A stretch of 59,491 nt of DNA from an uncultured Gammaproteobacteria bacterium. Lineage in GTDB: Bacteria; Patescibacteriota; Microgenomatia; Levybacterales; GWA1-39-11. Each line of letters begins with the position of its first letter. The stretch's first letter is position 1. Under the pieces are notes generated by a model. That model searched no databases. It was given only the letters and a program-made list of their open reading frames with translations, and was not told the DNA's origin. Shown here piece by piece: positions 9,455-18,367 of this stretch. The stretch is from positions 1 to 59,491 of the forward strand of contig CAZVGS010000007.1 of assembly GCA_964627245.1 (NCBI GenBank), given 5' to 3'. The translations under genes were made by a program, and so were the position numbers.

Positions 9455-11130
9455 AAATACTGCTAAAACCTACAATTTTACTGGCCGTTATTATATGTGT
9501 TGGGTTTTTTTTGAGAGGATATCAATTAGGTCTTGTCCCCCAAAGCCTTAACTGGGACGAAGTTTCATTGGGATACAATGCTTACTCAATTCTTAATACG
9601 GGAAAAGATGAATATGGTGAATTTATGCCTTTAGTATTAAGGTCATTTGATGATTACAAGCCGGCTCTTTACACATATCTTGTTATTCCATTCGTAGCTT
9701 TGTTAGGTTTGACTGAGCAGGCAGTTAGGCTACCTTCGGCAATTGCGGGAACCTTAGCCGTTGGACTTATTTATTTCCTGGTATTGGAATTATTGGGGAG
9801 TAAAAAAATCAATATTTTTGGAAGAGAGATAAAGTCAATACATATAGCTCTTCTTGCCTCATTTTTCTTGGCAATTTCTCCATGGCATATCCAGTTTTCA
9901 AGGATAGCCTACGAGTCAAACGTAGGGTTGACTATAAATATAGCGGTTTTTCTGACTTTTCTTAAAGGTCTTAAGAAACCGATTTATTTACCTCTTTCAT
10001 TCCTTCTTGCCTCCTTAAATATTCATATGTATCAAAGCGACCGTGTTTTTTCCCCATTATTGGTGGTTGTGTTATGCATAATTTTTTACAAGAAGATTTT
10101 GAAAATTAAAAAGTGGTTTGTTGTTTCTTTTTTTATTGCATTTTTGGTTTCACTGCCTCTTATTATTTTTATTGCAACAAACAACGACGCGCTGCTTAGG
10201 GCGAGGGGAGTTAGCGTTTTCTCAGAACAAAGTTTGGTTAAACGCTCGTCGTCTAAGCTACTATACGATACTGAAAGCAACAACATTTTGGGGAAAATAT
10301 TTGATAACAGAAGAGTCGAATTTATAAAAGCAAGTGTCGATGGCTACACTTCGCATTTTGACTTAAATTGGCTGTTTATAACAGGTGATCTTGCAAGGCA
10401 CCACGCGCCGAATATGGGCTTATTGCATCTATTTACACTGCCGTTTCTTCTAATAGGGATTTACGTTATGGTATTTCTTAACCTAGAACTGACTAAAAAA
10501 CTTTCTTTTTTTTCCTACTTTCTACTTGTGCCTATCCCGGCTTCCATTACAAGCGGTGTACCTCATGCAGTCAGAACATTAAATTTTGAATGGACCTTTG
10601 AGTTTTTTATTGCGTTAGGTTTGGTCGGTTTTGCAGTTCTAATACTTAAAATAAAAAAGAGCATTTTCAAGTCTGTCATTTATCTTGGGGTTATTATTTA
10701 TTTTGTTCTTTCTTTGGTGAACATCTCGTACTATATTAATCAATACTTTGTTCAGCTTAATTATTTCAATGCAAGGGATTGGCTGTACGGCTATAAGGAA
10801 GCCATTGCCTACGTCTCGGCTAGAAGCTCCGATTATGATTGGGTCGTTGTTGAAAATGAAGTACCATTCGACCAATCCTATATGTTTTTTCTATTTTACT
10901 TAAAGGTTGATCCAGCGTATTATCAAAGTCTTGGAGGTACAAAAAGCGGAGGCTTTAAGGAGCAGCACAAAGGATTTTATAACTACACCTTTGAGCCGGT
11001 AGCAAAAACAGAAAAAACAGGCAAGGTTCTTTTAATGGGTGCTCCGAATGATATACCGGCCGGACTAATGGATAGCAAAGTCATCAGCTATCCGAATGGC
11101 GAACCTGCAATAGTAATTTCGGAAAAATGA
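9451..11130 (+). CDS. PMT_2/GT39-ArnT-like GT-C glycosyltransferase (subfamily A paralogue)
   Basis: 559 aa, ATGA-coupled. Motifs: PQSLNWDEVSLGYNAYSILNTGKDEYGEFMPL..FDDYKPALYTYL, RLPSAIAG, ISPWHIQFSR, DNRRVEF, GVPHAVR, YGYKEAI...YMFFLFYLKVDP. Confidence 0.75.
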   Translation: MKILLKPTILLAVIICVGFFLRGYQLGLVPQSLNWDEVSLGYNAYSILNTGKDEYGEFMPLVLRSFDDYKPALYTYLVIPFVALLGLTEQAVRLPSAIAGTLAVGLIYFLVLELLGSKKINIFGREIKSIHIALLASFFLAISPWHIQFSRIAYESNVGLTINIAVFLTFLKGLKKPIYLPLSFLLASLNIHMYQSDRVFSPLLVVVLCIIFYKKILKIKKWFVVSFFIAFLVSLPLIIFIATNNDALLRARGVSVFSEQSLVKRSSSKLLYDTESNNILGKIFDNRRVEFIKASVDGYTSHFDLNWLFITGDLARHHAPNMGLLHLFTLPFLLIGIYVMVFLNLELTKKLSFFSYFLLVPIPASITSGVPHAVRTLNFEWTFEFFIALGLVGFAVLILKIKKSIFKSVIYLGVIIYFVLSLVNISYYINQYFVQLNYFNARDWLYGYKEAIAYVSARSSDYDWVVVENEVPFDQSYMFFLFYLKVDPAYYQSLGGTKSGGFKEQHKGFYNYTFEPVAKTEKTGKVLLMGAPNDIPAGLMDSKVISYPNGEPAIVISEK

Positions 11131-12647
11131 TTCCAAAAAACATTATTAAAAAAGGAGTTCTACTGTCTTTAATTATTCTTATCGTGATTGGTGTTTTGGC
11201 AAGATCGGTGGAAGTTATAAGCGGAAACTTTTTGTGGGGCTTTGATCATGGTAGAGAATACCTCATGACTCAAGAAATAGTTGATGATAAAAATTTCAGA
11301 CTTATAGGAGCACCATTAGGGGGAGGATCAGCCGGCATAAATGGAATATTCCACGGCCCAGGATATTTCTACTTTTTGGCGATTCCATTTATTATTTTCA
11401 ATGGTGATCCATATGGAGGAATTGTTATGATGTATTCTTTTGGAATTGGTACAGTTTTACTTTCGTTTTGGCTTGCAAAGCGTTTGTTTGGAAATAACTT
11501 TGCATTACTTTTAACCGCACTAATTTCTTTATCTCCCCCGTTAATATCGCAATCACGAGCAATTTGGAGTCCATTCCCCTCTACTTTTTTTATAGTACTG
11601 TCATTCATTTTTGTCTACCTTCTTACTAATAAAAAGAAAGGGAAATTAAAATTTGTATTATTTGCTTCATTTTTTTCAGCTTTTATATACAATTTCGAAC
11701 TGGCAATCGCGGTGCCTATGGTTATAAGTCTATTCTTATACCTTGCTTTTTTATTCAAAAGAAACCTAAAGCCATATTTTGTTGCATCTGCAGGATTGAT
11801 TCTCGCGCTGTCGCCAATGATACTTTTCGAAATAAGACATAAATTTATGGCTATTAATGGATTTATTTCCTATATTACCTCGCCAATAAAACCAAACGGT
11901 CCTACATTTATCGAAAACGCAGTTGATCATTGGGGGTCATTTCTTTTTGTGTTTAGCAACTCTATTCCAGCTCAAGGATTGCTTCCGGGATTAATATTGC
12001 TCACAGTTTTTGCCGCTATGTGGATTTTTGTATTGAGAAGCGAAAAAGATGCAAATCTTAAGAACTTTATATTTTATTTGACATCATTGCCATTCGTTTC
12101 TTTCACCGTATTTTTATTATTAAAAAATACGGTTTATGAATACTATTTATATCACTTGACCGTTGTATATATTTTTGTTTTTGTATACATAATATCAAGG
12201 TTCAAAAAATTGAACATGAGATTTGTTTTTTATACTTTGGTACTATTTATTACAGCCTGTTTTGTGGTCACCGTTCCCAAGTACCTAAGCATGATAAGGT
12301 ACGACTTATACGACTATGGGGGTGACGCCAAAATAAAAGGCAAAAAAGACGCTTTGGATTTTATCTATAGCGATGCCAAAGGAGAGCCTTTTAATCTGCT
12401 TATATTCACCCCCCCTGTGTATACGTATCCATATGATTATTTAATTTCGTGGTATGCCGAAAAAAAGTATGGCTATAAACCCGGTAATGAAAAAGAGGGG
12501 GTTTTCTATCTTTTGATCCAGGTCGATTCGTACAAACCTTGGAGTTACGAAGGTTGGCTGGAAACGGTTATTAAAAGTGGGGAAGTAATTTTTGAAAAGA
12601 AGCTTCCCAGCGGTTTTATAGTACAAAAAAGGATTAGCAATGAGTAA
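11127..12647 (+). CDS. Polytopic GT-C-like membrane protein (subfamily X)
   Basis: 506 aa, ATGA-coupled. Loop motif NFLWGFDHGREYLMTQEIVDDKNFRLIGAP...GPGYFYF aligns with the genes at 6287 and 12640. Confidence 0.5.
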   Translation: MIPKNIIKKGVLLSLIILIVIGVLARSVEVISGNFLWGFDHGREYLMTQEIVDDKNFRLIGAPLGGGSAGINGIFHGPGYFYFLAIPFIIFNGDPYGGIVMMYSFGIGTVLLSFWLAKRLFGNNFALLLTALISLSPPLISQSRAIWSPFPSTFFIVLSFIFVYLLTNKKKGKLKFVLFASFFSAFIYNFELAIAVPMVISLFLYLAFLFKRNLKPYFVASAGLILALSPMILFEIRHKFMAINGFISYITSPIKPNGPTFIENAVDHWGSFLFVFSNSIPAQGLLPGLILLTVFAAMWIFVLRSEKDANLKNFIFYLTSLPFVSFTVFLLLKNTVYEYYLYHLTVVYIFVFVYIISRFKKLNMRFVFYTLVLFITACFVVTVPKYLSMIRYDLYDYGGDAKIKGKKDALDFIYSDAKGEPFNLLIFTPPVYTYPYDYLISWYAEKKYGYKPGNEKEGVFYLLIQVDSYKPWSYEGWLETVIKSGEVIFEKKLPSGFIVQKRISNE

Positions 12648-13914
12648 ATTTAGAACCTTTATAAAAAAGACATTCAGCGGGAAATGGACATTGCCTATAT
12701 TTATTCTCATTCTAGTCTTTTTTGTTTTTACAAGATTTTCATTTATCGAAACTAAAACCAGCTTCGGATGGGATCAAGTAGATAACGCGTGGATGGCCAA
12801 GAACATTATTGATGATCATAATTACCCGACTGTTGGAATGCAGGCTAAAGGGAATACCGGTTTTTATATTGGTCCTTACTATTACTATTTAATAACTCCT
12901 TTTTATCTTTTAACAAATCTTGATCCTATAGCTTCGGGCGTTATTGCAGGTATTACTGCACTGTTGAACTTTTTCCTTATATATTTATTAGTAAGAAAAA
13001 TTTTGAATGAACATGTAGCTTTAATTGCAGTCTTCATAAACACTTTTTCTTTTTTTGTTCTTGCTTCGGAAAGAACTCAATGGCCGGTAAATTTTATTGC
13101 ACCTGTGTCGCTTATAATCTTCTTCAGCTTGTTCAAGACTATTATTGGTAATAGCAAGTATATCTTGTTGCTTGTAGCTGCAATAGGCTTTTCGCTGCAC
13201 ATACATTTCACCTCAATATTCTATTTTTTGATTGTCATATTATCTATTCCCCTAATGAGAAAATCCAAAAACAAGCTTAGGTACATTTTATTGTCAATCC
13301 CAATAGCTGTTTTTTTTGTTTTTCCAATTGCTTATTCAACCCTGACTCTCCAAAAAGGAAATGCAGTAAGCTATCTCGAATCAAGTTATATCGGAATACA
13401 TCTTAGGAGATTTTCGCAAGTTTTCTTTGATGGAATGATTGAATTTCAAGAAATTATTGGATTGGGAATAATGAGATATTTAGGAATTATTTTTTTTGCC
13501 TGGTATTTGTTCCTCCTCTACAGAGATAAATTTGTAAAGGAGCGTCACAGTATTTTTTTCTTGAGCATAATTTGGATAGTGGTTCCATGGTTTGCTTTTT
13601 CAACTTATGGAGGCGAGATAAGCAACTATTACTTTTCCATGACAAGGCCAGTTGTGCTAATAGTTTTTTCATACTTAATATATAGATTGTTCTGTTTTAG
13701 GGAGAAAATTTTCTTAATATTACCAATTATTGCGGGAGTAATTTTTGTTTACAATGGGTTGGGTTCATTTATTAAAAAAGAGAATCTGGGTATAAGTTAC
13801 TATAGAAACTTAGTAAAGAATAAAATAAAAGTTGCAGATAAAGTCGAGTATTCCCAGGGCGATCCGGAATCCTATTTTTACTATGTATATAAAGAACGTT
13901 TTGATAGAAAATAA
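12640..13914 (+). CDS. Polytopic GT-C-like membrane protein (subfamily X)
   Basis: 424 aa. Loop motif SFGWDQVDNAWMAKNIIDDHNYPTVGMQ...GPYYYYL. Hydrophobic throughout, with no large soluble domain. Confidence 0.5.
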   Translation: MSKFRTFIKKTFSGKWTLPIFILILVFFVFTRFSFIETKTSFGWDQVDNAWMAKNIIDDHNYPTVGMQAKGNTGFYIGPYYYYLITPFYLLTNLDPIASGVIAGITALLNFFLIYLLVRKILNEHVALIAVFINTFSFFVLASERTQWPVNFIAPVSLIIFFSLFKTIIGNSKYILLLVAAIGFSLHIHFTSIFYFLIVILSIPLMRKSKNKLRYILLSIPIAVFFVFPIAYSTLTLQKGNAVSYLESSYIGIHLRRFSQVFFDGMIEFQEIIGLGIMRYLGIIFFAWYLFLLYRDKFVKERHSIFFLSIIWIVVPWFAFSTYGGEISNYYFSMTRPVVLIVFSYLIYRLFCFREKIFLILPIIAGVIFVYNGLGSFIKKENLGISYYRNLVKNKIKVADKVEYSQGDPESYFYYVYKERFDRK

Positions 13915-15529
13915 AAAGATTTTTCTGCTATTTTTTTTGATAATTTTAATAGCCTCATTACTTAGGTTATATAATCTTGACTCTATTCCTCCGCATCCGT
14001 CTCTTGACGAGGTATCAACCGGATATAATGCTTATTCAATATTAAAAACGGGAGGAGATGAATATGGGAATAAGACACCGGTGCTCCTAAGGGCGTATGA
14101 TGATTATAGGCCCGCACACTATGCTTACCTCGTAACACCCTTTGTAAATATTTTTGGGTTAAACGTATTTTCAGTCAGATTCCCGTCGGCAATTTTATCT
14201 CTAGCAACTATTGTTTTTTCTTATTTTCTTGCAGTTAATATATTTGAAAAATCCAAGAACAAATATTTATTTGGCTTGCTGGTAATGTTTCTTCTGTCAA
14301 TTTCTCCATGGCACATATATATATCAAGACTTGGACACGAGGTAAATCTTTTTTACACGACATTTATAATTGGAGCCACCTTAGCTCTAAGTTATCTTAG
14401 AAATGAAAGATTTTACATTTTAATTGCAGCCGCAGTCATGTTGGGAATATCTTTTTCTTCATATCAAACAGGAAAGATTTTTATCCCATTGTTCATTACA
14501 ATTTTTGGAGCACTTTTTATAAAGGAGTTTTTTACAAAAAAAATAAAAACGTTTATAGCAGTAGTGTTATTCCTGCTTGTGTCTTTGCCAATTTTACAGG
14601 CGAGCTTTAGTCCTCAAGCACTCGTAAGATTTGAGGCAACGAACATCTATACGTCTATTGAGGAACCCTTGAAAATTAGTGCTCAAAAAGTGCTTGAAGC
14701 AAAGGAGAATAATGATCTGATTGGACAGATTGTCAATAACAGAAGATTTGTTTACCTTTTTCTTCCTTTTAACGCATACCTTTCTCACTTCAACCCTTTT
14801 TGGCTTGCCTCAAATGGCGGTGATGAACCATTCAAAGTTCCGGGCAGCGGGCTATTATATGTGATGGAAATACCCTTGATACTTATGGGAGCTGCATTTT
14901 TATTTTTCTCAAAGAAAATTGATACAAGAGCAAAAATATTGCTGTTGGGATGGTTGTTGATTTCAATTATTCCTGGAGCTATAACAAATGGTTATCCCCA
15001 TGCAATGAGAACGATGCAAATTCTCCCTCTTCCGCAGCTGTTGATTGCTTTAGGGGTTTTTAGTCTTCTTAATTCTAGGAAAAACAGAATGGTGATTGCA
15101 TCAATTCTTGCAGTTTTCTATTTGATTTCAATATCAATTTTTATTCAGGGATATTTCTACCTATTCCAACGAAATATAGCCTGGCAATTTCAGTATGGAA
15201 TTCAAGATGCATTTTTTTACGCTAAGTCTGTTGAGGACAAATATCCTAAGATATTTGTTGAAAACAATAAAAATTTATTCCAAAGTTATATGTTTTATCT
15301 TTATTTCAATCAGTATGATCCCGAAAAGTATCAAGAAGCAGGAGGAACTATCTCGGGAGGATATGCCCAAACTCACCAGATTGGCAAATACCTTTTTGGA
15401 CCCGTACCTGATAAATCCGGTTCGAAATCTCTTTTTATCCTAAATCCTGACAGTAGGAGCTCAGGCAATGTTATGAAGTGGTTTTACTTTCCCGATGGAA
15501 AGCCTGCTTTGAAGATAATTGAAGAATAA
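13883..15529 (+). CDS. PMT_2/GT39-ArnT-like GT-C glycosyltransferase (subfamily A paralogue)
   Basis: The ORF opens at 13832, but ATG 13883 (MYIKNVL...) gives the usual short N-terminus before TM1. Motifs: PPHPSLDEVSTGYNAYSILKTGGDEYGNKTPV..YDDYRPAHYAYL, RFPSAILS, ISPWHIYISR, NNRRFVY, GYPHAMR, YMFYLYFNQYDP. Confidence 0.75.
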   Translation: MYIKNVLIENKKIFLLFFLIILIASLLRLYNLDSIPPHPSLDEVSTGYNAYSILKTGGDEYGNKTPVLLRAYDDYRPAHYAYLVTPFVNIFGLNVFSVRFPSAILSLATIVFSYFLAVNIFEKSKNKYLFGLLVMFLLSISPWHIYISRLGHEVNLFYTTFIIGATLALSYLRNERFYILIAAAVMLGISFSSYQTGKIFIPLFITIFGALFIKEFFTKKIKTFIAVVLFLLVSLPILQASFSPQALVRFEATNIYTSIEEPLKISAQKVLEAKENNDLIGQIVNNRRFVYLFLPFNAYLSHFNPFWLASNGGDEPFKVPGSGLLYVMEIPLILMGAAFLFFSKKIDTRAKILLLGWLLISIIPGAITNGYPHAMRTMQILPLPQLLIALGVFSLLNSRKNRMVIASILAVFYLISISIFIQGYFYLFQRNIAWQFQYGIQDAFFYAKSVEDKYPKIFVENNKNLFQSYMFYLYFNQYDPEKYQEAGGTISGGYAQTHQIGKYLFGPVPDKSGSKSLFILNPDSRSSGNVMKWFYFPDGKPALKIIEE

Positions 15530-15533
15530 TTGT

Positions 15534-15542
15534 TGATATAAT
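15534..15542 (+). promoter_or_regulatory. Extended -10 box TGATATAAT, 7 nt upstream of ATG 15550 (leaderless geometry)
   Basis: Read directly: ttgTGATATAATaatagctATG. No SD motif. Confidence 0.45.
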
Positions 15543-15549
15543 AATAGCT

Positions 15550-16323
15550 ATGTTAAAACTCACAGTGGTTCTGGCAACATTTAATGAGGAAAAAAACTTG
15601 CCTGGCTGTTTGAATTCTGTCAAAAATCTGGCTGATGAAATAGTTATTGTAGATGGAACATCTAGCGATAAAACAGTCGCAATTGCCAAAAAATACGGGG
15701 CAAAAGTTACTGTAACGAATAATCCTCCGAATTTCCATATCAACAAGCAGAAAGCGATAAATAAAGCTAGGGGGGCATGGATACTTCAACTTGATGCTGA
15801 TGAAAGAGTATCCGAAGAGTTGAGTAAAGAAATAAAATCGAAGTTGGACGTTGAACAATCAGAAAATGGCTATTGGATGCCAAGGAAAAACTATTTTCTA
15901 GGACGATTTTTGATGAAAGGCGGACAATACCCTGATTATACAGTTAGACTTTACAAGAATGGTATGGGGAGACTTCCGCAAAAAGATGTACATGAACAGG
16001 CGGTGATTGAGGGAAAGATAGGATATCTCAAGCACCCTTTGCTTCACTATCCTTACGAAAACTTTTCAGCCTATTTTGCCAAGTGGATGCGGTATAATCG
16101 TTTATTTGCCGGTCAAATTCATGAGGAAATGATGAAAAAAAACTTACTATATAAAATTTATTTCGGGCTTGGTTATTTGCTCGCAAAGCCGGCACACTGG
16201 ATGCTGACATCGTACGGACGGCACAAAGGATTTATGGATGGATGGCAAGGATTTGTTTTTTCACTTTTTTCTGCTCTTCGTTTTCCGGTGTCTTATATAA
16301 TATACTTAAAGTTAAAGAAATAA
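15550..16323 (+). CDS. Glycosyltransferase family 2
   Basis: 257 aa. Motifs: LTVVLATFNEEKNL, IVIVDGTSSDKT, LQLDADERV. Confidence 0.85.
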   Translation: MLKLTVVLATFNEEKNLPGCLNSVKNLADEIVIVDGTSSDKTVAIAKKYGAKVTVTNNPPNFHINKQKAINKARGAWILQLDADERVSEELSKEIKSKLDVEQSENGYWMPRKNYFLGRFLMKGGQYPDYTVRLYKNGMGRLPQKDVHEQAVIEGKIGYLKHPLLHYPYENFSAYFAKWMRYNRLFAGQIHEEMMKKNLLYKIYFGLGYLLAKPAHWMLTSYGRHKGFMDGWQGFVFSLFSALRFPVSYIIYLKLKK

Positions 16324-16325
16324 TT

Positions 16326-17315
16326 ATGGATACAAAGAAAAATATATTGGTTACAGGCGGCTGCGGATATATCGGAAGTTTTATGGTAAAAGCGCTTATA
16401 GAAGGGGGCTATAATCCAATTGTTTTGGATAATTTAGAAAGAGGTGCGCGTGATTCAATTCCTCAAAATACGGTATTTTATCAAGGCAATGTTTCTGATG
16501 GAGAACTTTTGTCAAAGATCAACGCTGAGAACAATTTTGGGGCTGTAATACATTTTGCAGGATACATTTCCATGAAGGAGTCTATGGATAATCCTGATCT
16601 TTACTTTGAAAAAAATACTCATGAAACGCAAAAATTGCTGTATAACCTGAAAAGTATTGGAGTGAGTAAAATTATATTTTCATCTACAGCGGGAGTGTAT
16701 GGAAATCCGGAAAGGGTTCCCATAAGTGAAAACGACAAAAAGGATCCTACAAACCCCTATGGTGAAAGCAAGCTAATGACTGAGAGGATGCTCCGGTGGT
16801 ACCAGGAAATTTATGGCATTGATTATGTTGTTTTGAGATATTTTAATGCATGCGGGGCTTCCTTGGATGGGTCAATGGGAGAGAGACACAATCCTGAAAC
16901 CCACATAATACCGGTAGCTTTAACCTCAATGCTGAATGGTAGAGAGTTTTCAATTTACGGTACTGACTATGATACACCCGATGGGACATGTGTAAGAGAC
17001 TACATTCATGTTATTGATCTGGCAAACGCTCACCTACTCGCTTTGCAAAAGATACTAAGTGAATCGGGAGGTTTTACTTATAATGTCGGTACAGGGCATG
17101 GTTATTCAAACCGTGAGGTCGTTGATATGATTCAGGAAGTAACCGAAAAAGAAGTTATTGTTAAGGAAATGGAAAGAAGGCCGGGAGATGCTGACGCGCT
17201 CGTTGCAGATGTATCGAAAATTAATGAAGAATTACACTTCGCTCCAAAATACTCGGATCTTAAATCTATTGTAGAATCTGCCTGGAAGTGGCATAGTAAA
17301 AATTCTTCTTCCTAA
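16326..17315 (+). CDS. galE: UDP-glucose 4-epimerase
   Basis: The ORF opens at 16242, but ATG 16326 (MDTKKNILVTGGCGYIGS) is the sensible start. Motifs: GxxGxxG, STAGVYG, PYGESK (YxxxK), RYFNACGA, GTDYDTPDGTCVRDYIHVIDLA. Confidence 0.9.
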   Translation: MDTKKNILVTGGCGYIGSFMVKALIEGGYNPIVLDNLERGARDSIPQNTVFYQGNVSDGELLSKINAENNFGAVIHFAGYISMKESMDNPDLYFEKNTHETQKLLYNLKSIGVSKIIFSSTAGVYGNPERVPISENDKKDPTNPYGESKLMTERMLRWYQEIYGIDYVVLRYFNACGASLDGSMGERHNPETHIIPVALTSMLNGREFSIYGTDYDTPDGTCVRDYIHVIDLANAHLLALQKILSESGGFTYNVGTGHGYSNREVVDMIQEVTEKEVIVKEMERRPGDADALVADVSKINEELHFAPKYSDLKSIVESAWKWHSKNSSS

Positions 17316-17320
17316 CTTCT

Positions 17321-18367
17321 ATGGTTATTGCAATTGACGTTTCTCCGATTGATGGAAATAGTAAAAGTGGACACAAGGTTAGAGGTGTTGGGAAATATAT
17401 ATTTTTATTAAAAGAAAACCTTGAGAAGTATGATAAAAAAAACAAATACATTTTTTCAAATTCTCCAGCGTCGGAGGCCGGAGTCGATTTAGTTCATTAT
17501 CCATATTTAGATCCTTTTTTTGTGACATTCCCATTTGTTAAGAGGAGAAAAACAATAATAACGGTGCACGATCTAATTCCTTTAATGCACAAAACTCATT
17601 TTCCCGCCGGCCTAAGAGGGAGTTTGTCTTGGCAAGTTAATAAGATTATTCTTAAGAGGGCAGATGCGATAATTTCAGATTCGAAGGCATCAGCTCAAGA
17701 TATTGCACAAGTCACGGGAATTGCCAAAGAAAAAATAAATCCAATTTACCTCGGCATTGATCCTAAATACAAAAAATTAAGATTAGATGAATTTCAAGCG
17801 AAAGAAATTAAGAGCAAATACAAACTCCCTGATAATTTTTTCTTATATGTTGGAGATATAACATGGAACAAAAACCTCCCAAGGCTGATAGAGGCTATCA
17901 AAATAGTTAATGTTCCTTTGGTATTGGTCGGCAAGGCAATAGTTGATGATTTTGATCCAGACAACCTATGGAATAGAGACAGGACAATTGTTAAAAAGGA
18001 AACTATCTCTCCGCTGTTCATAAAAACAGGCTTTGTCGATGAGGAAGATTTGATAAAGCTTTACAACTTGGCGCTTGCCGTTTGTATGCCTTCTTTAGAT
18101 GAGGGGTTCGGTCTTCCGGTTCTTGAAGGGCTTAGTTGCGGAGCGATTGTTATTGCCTCAAGGGAAGGAAGTTTGCCCGAAGTTGCCGGTGATGCTGCTT
18201 TGTATGTCGATGCATATAAAGTTGGAAGTATAGCCGAAAAACTCAAGCTAGTTGCGAAAGGTAAAGTACAAAAAAAGGAATTTTCTAAAAAAGCACTTGC
18301 ACAAGCAGAGAACTTTTCTATTAAATCAATGATAGAAAATACGGTAAAGTGTTACGAATCTATTTGA
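17321..18367 (+). CDS. Glycosyltransferase family 4
   Basis: 348 aa. Signature DEGFGLPVLEGLSCGAIVIASREGSLPEVAGDAALYVD. Confidence 0.85.
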   Translation: MVIAIDVSPIDGNSKSGHKVRGVGKYIFLLKENLEKYDKKNKYIFSNSPASEAGVDLVHYPYLDPFFVTFPFVKRRKTIITVHDLIPLMHKTHFPAGLRGSLSWQVNKIILKRADAIISDSKASAQDIAQVTGIAKEKINPIYLGIDPKYKKLRLDEFQAKEIKSKYKLPDNFFLYVGDITWNKNLPRLIEAIKIVNVPLVLVGKAIVDDFDPDNLWNRDRTIVKKETISPLFIKTGFVDEEDLIKLYNLALAVCMPSLDEGFGLPVLEGLSCGAIVIASREGSLPEVAGDAALYVDAYKVGSIAEKLKLVAKGKVQKKEFSKKALAQAENFSIKSMIENTVKCYESI

